The translations under genes and the position numbers were made by a program. A stretch of DNA of 32,000 nucleotides, from positions 30,001-62,000 of the forward strand of contig JAUIFI010000001.1 in assembly GCA_030429505.1 (NCBI GenBank). Direction: 5' to 3'. Shown one piece after another: positions 25,617 through 32,000 of the stretch. This stretch comes from Candidatus Saccharimonadota bacterium. GTDB lineage: Bacteria > Patescibacteriota > Gracilibacteria > UBA4473. The notes under the pieces were generated by a model, which made no database searches, was not told where the DNA came from, and worked only from the letters and a program-made list of their open reading frames with translations. How positions within the stretch are numbered: position 1 is the stretch's first letter; each line of letters begins with the position of its first letter.

Positions 25617-26990
25617 ATGTTACGAACCTTTGTCATTTTAAAACAAGTTGTCAGTCTATTATGGTTTCGATTATTACATAGTCGAAAATCAGATTTTGAT
25701 GCTCGATTTGCCACAAAGATTCGCGAAACGTTTGAGCAGCTCGGACCGACCTTTATCAAACTTGGGCAAGTGCTCAGTATGCGACCAGATTTTTTACCAA
25801 AAGTATACTGTGATGAGTTTGAGAAGTGCTTGGACTCGGGACCTACATTGCCCTTTTCTAAAATTCGTAAACTCATCGAAAATGAATTAGGTGATACACT
25901 AGAGAAAGTCTTTCTTTCCTTTAACGAAAAACCTATTGCTGCGGCTTCTTTATCTCAAGTACATAAGGCCATATTAAATTCAGAAGAAGTTGTCGCAGTG
26001 AAAATTATTCGTCCCAAAGTAAAAAAATTAATTACTGGTGATATAAGAATATTAAGACAAGCTACTAAGATTTGGGGAAATAAGATTGGTACCGTAGGGA
26101 AATCGTATTGGTTAGAACTGATAGAGCAAGTGTATGAATGGCTATCTCAAGAAACCGATTATCAAAAGGAAATAAACAATATCCGATTAATACAAAAGAA
26201 GGCGAAAGATCTAAAAAACATTACTTTTCCTGAGATTTATTCTGATTTAAGTACAAAAAAGATTTTAGTACTGGAATTCATTGAAGGAATATCTCTTCTC
26301 GAATTAATTAAAAACTATCAGAATGGTGTGTATCCAACTAATTTTTCGGTTGAAGAAAAAGTATTCGAACTATTTGAGTCAGTAATAAATATGAGTTTGC
26401 AGAAAGGATTTTTTCATGCAGATTTACATCCAGCCAATATTATCGTTAGACCAGATGGAAAGATTGTTTTATTAGACTTTGGTTTGATTGGTTACTTTGA
26501 TAAAAATCTTCGCAGAGCTATTTTGATATTTTTAATGGGAGCGGCATTTGCTGATGCTGATCTAACAATGAAAGGGACCAAGATGACGAATGATTTCCCA
26601 GAAAACTATGATGAAAAAGCTTTGTACAAAGAACTATCACATCTATGTGACCGCTATAAAGGAGCTTTGATCTCTGAAATGAGTAATGGACAATTCTTAA
26701 TGGAAGGTATGCACATATGCCTACAACATAACATAAAATTCCCATGGCCTGTTTTTTTATATGCTCGAACAACTCTCAATATTGACGGTATGATTCTCAA
26801 GCTTAACCCAAACTACATCTTAATGAATCATGCTCAAAAAGTATTTTTACGCATTTACCGTGAAAACATCATAGAAGATCTATATTCTCTACCAAAATTT
26901 ATCAAACTCTTTGAAGATACATGGGAAACAATAAAAAAATCTCCTACAACTATCAACAAAGTATTTACTTCATTCTTTGAAAAAACATAA
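25617..26990 (+). CDS. ABC1/UbiB-family atypical protein kinase
   Basis: KxGQ motif (FIKLGQVLSMRPDFLP), A-rich loop (AAASLSQVHKA), VAVK lysine, HADLHPANI catalytic loop and DFG (LLDFGLIG). The ATG at 25617 lies 1 nt after the RHH stop. Confidence 0.9.
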   Translation: MLRTFVILKQVVSLLWFRLLHSRKSDFDARFATKIRETFEQLGPTFIKLGQVLSMRPDFLPKVYCDEFEKCLDSGPTLPFSKIRKLIENELGDTLEKVFLSFNEKPIAAASLSQVHKAILNSEEVVAVKIIRPKVKKLITGDIRILRQATKIWGNKIGTVGKSYWLELIEQVYEWLSQETDYQKEINNIRLIQKKAKDLKNITFPEIYSDLSTKKILVLEFIEGISLLELIKNYQNGVYPTNFSVEEKVFELFESVINMSLQKGFFHADLHPANIIVRPDGKIVLLDFGLIGYFDKNLRRAILIFLMGAAFADADLTMKGTKMTNDFPENYDEKALYKELSHLCDRYKGALISEMSNGQFLMEGMHICLQHNIKFPWPVFLYARTTLNIDGMILKLNPNYILMNHAQKVFLRIYRENIIEDLYSLPKFIKLFEDTWETIKKSPTTINKVFTSFFEKT

Positions 26991-28331
26991 CTACTCTTCC
27001 TCTGCTTCAAGAACTTTTTCCACCTCTTGTTCTATAACAATTTCTTCTTTATTTTTCTTTTCCAAAAGCGTCGGTATTTCATTATTTCGCAAAATTTCAA
27101 GCGCACGATCCAAGACGGGGTCTTCTTCATTTTCAAAGTCTTCAGAAGTTCGTTCAATAAATTCATCTGGATCAATACCAGTCTCATTGATAGATCTACC
27201 CAAAGGGGTAAGCCATTCAGCAATAGTTACTTTCAGACTAGAACCATCAGACAATGGAATTACATTTTGTACCGATCCTTTCCCGAAAGTAGTTTCTCCT
27301 AAAACAATTCCACGGTTATGATCCTGAATTGCCCCAGCAAAAATCTCCGAAGCAGAAGCCGAGCCTTTATTGACCAAAACCACCAAAGGTATATCCAAAA
27401 AAGCTCCTTTATCCCCACTCATGATTTCCCCAGAATCACCAAATTTTCGCCCTTTTGTCTGAACAATCAACTTTGTATCTAAAAATTCAGAAGCAATTTT
27501 CACACATGCATCCAAAAGACCTCCTCCATCATTCCGTAAATCAATAACCATACCTTCTGGCTTTTCTAATAAAGCTTCAACGATAAACTCCTGAAACTCT
27601 TTCACCACATCCGTTCCAAATTGGGATAATTCAACGACGGCAATGCCATCACGCATCTCCCACTCCACATTTTTTAAAATAATACTGTCACGAACAATCG
27701 ATATTTCTAAAGGTTCACTCTCACCTTCGCGAAGAATCGTTAGATCAACTTTTTCTCCCTTAGGACCACGTATTTTTGTCACTGCTTCTTCGATAGACAG
27801 ACCATGCGTCGGTTCATCATCGACTTTAAAAATAACGTCCCCGGCTCGAATTCCTGAAGCTTCTGCAGGAGATCCTTTGAGAGGAGCAATAACAATCAAT
27901 TGATTGTCACGTTTCCCGATCTCAGCGCCGATACCTTCAAATTCCCCAGAAATAGATTCATCAAATTTTTTTGATTCTTCCGGATTGAGAAAAACTGTAT
28001 AAGGATCATCAAGAGAGTTAATAAGACCTTTGATAGCTCCATAAATCTGATCTTGAGTTTTGAGAGAATCTTTGTTTAAAAAATTAGCTTCCATCTGTGT
28101 CCACGCTTCCCAGAAAAGCGATAGATCAGTTTCTTCAGCTTTTTTCTGCCGAGCGAGAATACTCTTGATAGGAGAGGTTTTAATGACATCTTCTCCACTT
28201 TTTATTTCAACTGTTACTGAAGGTGTCTTCGTATCAGAGTTTTTGAGACTCAAACTCCACCCCAATAAAAACCCTATGATTGGCAAGATCAGAAAGAGTA
28301 TGAGCCTTAGGTTTCGTTGATAATGTACCAT
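26991..28331 (-). CDS. C-terminal processing peptidase, S41 family (PDZ-containing)
   Basis: PDZ region (GIGAEIG...GSPAEASGIRAGDVIFKVD), IDLRNDGGG, catalytic GSASASEIFAGA and TFGKGSVQ. I prefer ATG 28331 (MVHYQRNLRL plus a TM segment). Confidence 0.92.
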   Translation of the reverse strand: MVHYQRNLRLILFLILPIIGFLLGWSLSLKNSDTKTPSVTVEIKSGEDVIKTSPIKSILARQKKAEETDLSLFWEAWTQMEANFLNKDSLKTQDQIYGAIKGLINSLDDPYTVFLNPEESKKFDESISGEFEGIGAEIGKRDNQLIVIAPLKGSPAEASGIRAGDVIFKVDDEPTHGLSIEEAVTKIRGPKGEKVDLTILREGESEPLEISIVRDSIILKNVEWEMRDGIAVVELSQFGTDVVKEFQEFIVEALLEKPEGMVIDLRNDGGGLLDACVKIASEFLDTKLIVQTKGRKFGDSGEIMSGDKGAFLDIPLVVLVNKGSASASEIFAGAIQDHNRGIVLGETTFGKGSVQNVIPLSDGSSLKVTIAEWLTPLGRSINETGIDPDEFIERTSEDFENEEDPVLDRALEILRNNEIPTLLEKKNKEEIVIEQEVEKVLEAEEE

Positions 28332-28456
28332 TTGTGTGTGTGTTTGAAAGAAAAAAATCTTCGGAAATTGTAAAAGAGTCAAAGGAATTTGTAAATCCTT
28401 AACCTTTTCCGAAAAAGCTCTCACTTTTTACTGAGCAAGAGCTCTTTTAATATATT

Positions 28457-29776
28457 TTAATACCCTTCTCGTCCATTTCGAGGTGGACGTTGTCCTTTTT
28501 CTTCCTGACGATTTTCACGCCGTTCTTGACGGATCTCCCGACGTTCATCTCTTTGTTCTTGAACGGCAGCTCGAGCTTCTTCTCGATTCATTTCACCTGA
28601 CTGGACACCTTCTCGAATCTCTTCACGAAAATCACGTCGCTCTTCTTGTCTTTGCTCACGATTCTCTTCGTGTTGTTCCATTTTTTCTCTCATTTTTTCC
28701 GCACGCTCGGGATTTCGTTCTTCGATATTCTCTACACGTTGTTCTCGCCTTTCTTGTCTTTCTTCTTTTCGCTGTTCACGTTTTTCAAATCGCTCTTTTT
28801 TGACTTCCAAATGTTTTTTTTGTTTTTCCATTCTTTGGTCCTGGTGAGCCTTAAATTTTTCTGCTTTATCAGGATTTTTCTCAAGTAACTTTTGATACAC
28901 TTGTTCTGAGCGCTCTTGCTGATGAGCCATACGAGCTTCATGCCACTGAGATCGAGCCTCAGCTCTCGTAAGTTCTCCAGACTCAATTTGTTCTTTCAAG
29001 GTTTCACGAAGTTCTTGTCGTTCTTCTCGACGTTCTTCAGCCTTCTCTTTAATATTATTGTTTCGCTCTTCGATTTCCTCTGGACTCAATCCCTTTTGCT
29101 CCCATCGTTCCTCTCGTTTTTCACGCCATTCTTGCCGGCGTTCTTTTTTCTTTTTACGAGCTTCTTTTCGATTATAAAGAACATTGCCTTCTCCACCAGC
29201 CTCAATACCGACAGGAATTTCGACCGTCACTTCCTCATCACCGCTTTCAATCGCTTCTTCCACTTCGGCTTGAGCTTCTTGTACTGTTTCAATATTTTCC
29301 TCCAATTCTTCGACTGTTTCCTCTACTTCGTCGCTATCAACTTCTTCCAAGTCGACTAGAATCTCCTCCTGAGTACTAGTAATATTTTCCAAAATTTCTT
29401 CTACTACCTCAGGATCAGTTTCTTCGTTTGCTGCTTGGGTAGCCAGTTCGAGATTGAGCTCGATTTCAGTCAAAAGCTGTTCAATAGTTCCTTCTTCATT
29501 ACTCTCTTCATCTTGGGCATGAGCTACAGGCGCCAAAAAATCAATAAAACTCACTGGTTCGTTTTCTGATTCCAATTTTTCGAGTAATTTTTCTTTCGCT
29601 TCTTCCGCTCGACGAAGATACTCAGACACTTCTTCATCAGTCTTTTCTGTCTCTACGGGAGGAGAAAGGGTTTCGATAGTCACCTCTGTTTCAGAAGTAG
29701 TATCGGTATCACGAGTACTAATATCTTGACACCCAGCAAGAACGACAAGAGTCAAAAGCAAGCATAATTTTTTCAT
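28457..29776 (-). CDS. highly charged lipoprotein (acidic N-terminal half, ER/K-rich C-terminal half), unknown function
   Basis: Lipobox signal peptide MKKLCLLLTLVVLAGC from ATG 29776. The mature protein is dominated by E, R, K and Q and has an internal duplicated unit. Confidence 0.8.
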   Translation of the reverse strand: MKKLCLLLTLVVLAGCQDISTRDTDTTSETEVTIETLSPPVETEKTDEEVSEYLRRAEEAKEKLLEKLESENEPVSFIDFLAPVAHAQDEESNEEGTIEQLLTEIELNLELATQAANEETDPEVVEEILENITSTQEEILVDLEEVDSDEVEETVEELEENIETVQEAQAEVEEAIESGDEEVTVEIPVGIEAGGEGNVLYNRKEARKKKKERRQEWREKREERWEQKGLSPEEIEERNNNIKEKAEERREERQELRETLKEQIESGELTRAEARSQWHEARMAHQQERSEQVYQKLLEKNPDKAEKFKAHQDQRMEKQKKHLEVKKERFEKREQRKEERQERREQRVENIEERNPERAEKMREKMEQHEENREQRQEERRDFREEIREGVQSGEMNREEARAAVQEQRDERREIRQERRENRQEEKGQRPPRNGREGY

Positions 29777-29867
29777 AGGAGAAAATTTTAGAAATGTATA
29801 CACCCGGAAGAATATCAAATTTTTACAAAAAAAAGCAAATTATCTTTCCCTCTGGCAAAGTTTCTAT

Positions 29868-29895
29868 TTGACGAAATATCTGCGGAGAATAGAAT
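29868..29895 (+). promoter_or_regulatory. sigma70-like promoter upstream of the tRNA
   Basis: TTGACG (29868-29873), 16-nt spacer, TAGAAT (29890-29895). This implies a leader of about 120 nt before the tRNA. Confidence 0.55.
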
Positions 29896-30026
29896 CGACA
29901 AGCTTTTTTCATTACTAAGAACCACGAGTTCTGACTGGTCAGAACGAGTGAAGAGGAGAGAAGACGAAGGCAAGCGAAGTTTCGCTTCAGCAAAACGGAG
30001 TAGGAGAAGTCTACTAGCTCCGAAAC

Positions 30027-30103
30027 GGCTCGGTAGCTCAGCTGGTTAGAGCGTCGGATTCATAACCCGGAGGTCGGCAGTTCAAGTCTGCCCCGAGCCA
30101 CCA
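30027..30103 (+). tRNA. tRNA with CAU anticodon: elongator tRNA-Met type (tRNA-Ile2/lysidine not excluded), CCA encoded
   Basis: Manual cloverleaf: acceptor GGCTCGG/CCGAGCC, D arm GCTC-AGCTGGTTA-GAGC, anticodon loop TTCATAA, T arm GGCAG-TTCAAGT-CTGCC, 3' ACCA. G1-C72 is paired, so it is not an initiator. Confidence 0.93.
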
Positions 30104-30146
30104 ACACAAACCTTACAAACCCTGCAAAGGTGTTTTGTGTTTTTTG
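30104..30146 (+). terminator. possible AU-rich intrinsic terminator after the tRNA
   Basis: ACACAAACCTT (30104-30114) pairs with AAGGTGTTTTGTGT (30127-30140) with a 3-nt bulge, followed by TTTTT. Confidence 0.45.
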
Positions 30147-30252
30147 ATGTATTCTCCTTACTCCAATCAAAAGAATCTTTTTATTATGTAGCTATATTCT
30201 ATGTATCAATGTATAACATAATTGGCATGTTTCTACTTGTTATTTACACGAC

Positions 30253-30786
30253 ATGAAAAAATCCAATAATTATAGTTTTGATGAAGATTATAATGTTAAA
30301 ACGAGTATAGTTGTCGTCATAAGAAAGGTTGTTTTGGCCGAAATAGTATTGGCTTCTATTGCTTTTCTCTTTAATTTTTTTGTATTTTCAGGTGGAAACT
30401 TAGTAGTGAAAACGAGTAGTACCTTTTATATAGGATCTTTTTTCTTAGTAATTAATCTCACAATATTTATTTGCTTGTTTCTTGGTTGGAACTACAGATA
30501 TTATGTTATTTCTCAAGATGGGATAAGCTCAAATACTGGAGTTGTTTTTAGAAAAACAAAGAGCATAGACATTCCTTCCATTCGTTCAATCAGTATTAAT
30601 CAAGGTTTTTTTGGCAGGATTTTCAACTATGGCACCATAGTTCTGGAAAGCCCTGTATTATCAGAAAAGTTTTATATGCATTATCTTCCAACACCTTTTA
30701 GACATGCTACTTTAATTGAAAATGCAAGGGCAAAAGCCCTCAAAGACGGAAAAGTTGAAAATATTATAATTGGTACTAAGCCTTAA
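30253..30786 (+). CDS. membrane protein with bacterial PH domain (bPH_2 / YdbS-YdbT-like)
   Basis: Two TM helices are followed by YYVISQDGISSNTGVVFRKTKSIDIPSIRSISINQGFFGRIFNYGTIVLES, the typical bPH_2 pattern. Confidence 0.7.
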   Translation: MKKSNNYSFDEDYNVKTSIVVVIRKVVLAEIVLASIAFLFNFFVFSGGNLVVKTSSTFYIGSFFLVINLTIFICLFLGWNYRYYVISQDGISSNTGVVFRKTKSIDIPSIRSISINQGFFGRIFNYGTIVLESPVLSEKFYMHYLPTPFRHATLIENARAKALKDGKVENIIIGTKP

Positions 30787-30859
30787 TAATCCTGATGAAT
30801 CTTAGTATTTATCAAAATGTAGGTAGAAGCCATTTAAGCCCACAATACCTGATGCTTTA

Positions 30860-31483
30860 TTACCGTATAATTCCTTCAGGGTAAGAGTTTTGTACGGGAT
30901 AGGAATTCCTTCTTTTTCCAGGATAGAGATATCTATCAGAAGAAAAGTCAGCTCTAATTGATGGAAGACTCGGGTGCACTGACCGGATTCTTCCTGAGAA
31001 ATTATTTCTTCTTATTGTAGGAACAGCATCAAAGTTTCTTTGAGAATCGGATTCAAAAAGAGAATTTATTCCTTGATATGCTGGATTAAAGGTGCTGTAT
31101 TTTAATCTATGAATTTTATCTGCTTCTTCTGAAGTAGTTCCTTGAAAATCAGGATTAAAAGGACTCCGTTCTAGTTTTATCTCATCTAATTCCTTTGAGG
31201 TTGTTCCCTGAAAATCAGGGTTTGAAGTACTATGCTCGAGTCTTATTGCATCTAGCTCTTCAGAAGTTACTCCTTGAAATTTTGGATTGAAAGTACTGCG
31301 TTCTATTCTCTCATAATCCCATGCTTCTGATGTTTTTCCCCGAAGTACGGGGTCAAAGGTACTCTGTTCTAATCGATGCATTTTTGTTTCATAGGCTGAC
31401 GCTTGGATGGTTGTAGCTCTTAACGGAATAAAAAGAACAAAAGAAAAAACACAGGATACAAAAACGGTAAAAAGATACGTCAT
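30860..31483 (-). CDS. hypothetical secreted or anchored protein with five 22-23-aa tandem repeats
   Basis: Hydrophobic N-terminus, then five repeats with core S-T-F-N-P-x-F-Q-G-x-T-S-E-E-x-D-x-I-x-L-E. The C-terminal tail is basic and Pro/Ser/Arg-rich. Confidence 0.7.
   Translation of the reverse strand: MTYLFTVFVSCVFSFVLFIPLRATTIQASAYETKMHRLEQSTFDPVLRGKTSEAWDYERIERSTFNPKFQGVTSEELDAIRLEHSTSNPDFQGTTSKELDEIKLERSPFNPDFQGTTSEEADKIHRLKYSTFNPAYQGINSLFESDSQRNFDAVPTIRRNNFSGRIRSVHPSLPSIRADFSSDRYLYPGKRRNSYPVQNSYPEGIIR
31061..31378 (-). repeat. intragenic tandem repeat (66-69 nt period, 5 units)
   Basis: The Ser of the STFNP core recurs at aa 41, 63, 85, 107 and 130. Units are more conserved at protein level than at DNA level. 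Confidence 0.75.
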
Positions 31484-31746
31484 GTTCTAACCATGTCTTT
31501 CTTTCATTTTTAAAGCAATTGTTTTACGTATACAGCGTTTTGTTTATCTGTTACTTTGCTACTTATTTTTTGCGATTTAAAAAGGTTTTTCTATCCCCTT
31601 ATAAGAGAATAGAAATCATCTAAAAATTTGAAGTCTTACTTTTTTCAAATCCAAAGTAAAAAATAAAATAAGTAGAAATGTTTGTGATACCAATAAAATC
31701 TTATCTCACGAAAAGTTAAACTGAGAATTATTGCTTAGCGTTATTT

Positions 31747-32000
31747 TTACTCTGGCTGTATTTCTACTAAAACCTCACTCAAACTTACTAGGGGAAAAGT
31801 AAGTGGGGGATGGTAATAAGCCATAATCACCTCGTCTTTGAATAAAATATTGTCTGCTTCAAGCCTTTTTTTGAGCTGATTCTGTTTACTTTTCACCCGA
31901 CTTTGCCACCGCCAACCACGAAAAGGAAGGACTGCAAAAGTTCCTCCCGGAACTTCACGAATAGTAACATTCTTATTAACTGGAGTTGGTAATGATTCCA
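31747..32000 (-). CDS. SOUL/heme-binding-protein-like protein, C-terminal fragment (gene continues beyond the window)
   Basis: Not in the ORF track. Minus-strand translation is ...VTIREVPGGTFAVLPFRGWRWQSRVKSKQNQLKKRLEADNILFKDEVIMAYYHPPLTFPLVSLSEVLVEIQPE with stop at 31749-31747. This matches, from memory, the SOUL family C-terminal pattern (F.G...; Y..P.....R.NEV...). Confidence 0.55.
   Translation of the reverse strand, partial: ESLPTPVNKNVTIREVPGGTFAVLPFRGWRWQSRVKSKQNQLKKRLEADNILFKDEVIMAYYHPPLTFPLVSLSEVLVEIQPE

Noticed and set aside
28483-29359. Plus-strand ORFs of 106, 80 and 147 aa, and periodic CT-rich DNA, opposite the charged lipoprotein gene. I briefly considered a repeat array or CRISPR-like periodicity.
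   Set aside because: The periodicity is the complement of GAA/GAG/CGN codon runs encoding E/R/K. There are no defined repeat-spacer units. The antisense ORFs are Phe/Leu/Ser low-complexity mirror images.
30027-31746. tRNA-adjacent genomic island: AT-rich hypothetical genes directly downstream of a tRNA
   Set aside because: There is no integrase, and I could find no direct repeat of the tRNA 3' end downstream in the window. AT-richness alone is insufficient.
1-32000. Alternative genetic code (UGA recoding, as in some candidate phyla)
   Set aside because: All conserved genes (uvrA, uvrB, aspS, asnS, murC and others) are full length and uninterrupted under the standard code. One ORF (the 71-aa gene) appears to use TGA as its stop. 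Nothing requires recoding.

Overview
This is an AT-rich, tightly packed bacterial chromosomal segment that reads cleanly in the standard genetic code. It has no rRNA, CRISPR array, transposase or integrase. Most of it is housekeeping or envelope genes. On the minus strand: uvrA, a GT4 glycosyltransferase, a ComEC-like channel, a LysM+M23 peptidase, aspS, asnS, a PgsA-like transferase, murC, a 723-aa polytopic membrane protein, a VanW-like protein, an S41 protease and a charged lipoprotein. On the plus strand: a 1449-aa SLH-anchored S-layer-type protein, uvrB, an RHH protein translationally coupled to an ABC1/UbiB-type kinase, a tRNA(CAU) and a bPH_2 membrane protein. The window ends with a tandem-repeat protein and a partial SOUL/heme-binding-like gene not in the ORF track. 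Gene content, compaction, sigma70-like promoters and the near absence of Shine-Dalgarno sites suggest a small-genome uncultivated bacterium (CPR/Patescibacteria-like); this is inference only. The most unusual element is a small YhbQ/COG2827-type GIY-YIG nuclease gene wedged between uvrB and aspS. It is bracketed by two inverted pairs of an oriented 25-nt hairpin repeat whose stem shows fully compensated base changes, and a half copy lies inside the nuclease ORF. This architecture resembles REP/RAYT systems but with a different nuclease fold. Other items worth a second look are the S-layer gene with its long SD-less leader, the RHH-kinase operon with an operator-like palindrome, an ER/K-rich polyampholyte lipoprotein, a 22-aa tandem-repeat protein, an orphan promoter-terminator unit near uvrA, and a terminator-like hairpin in the uvrA leader. 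All promoter, terminator and domain calls come from reading the sequence by eye; no database search was run.
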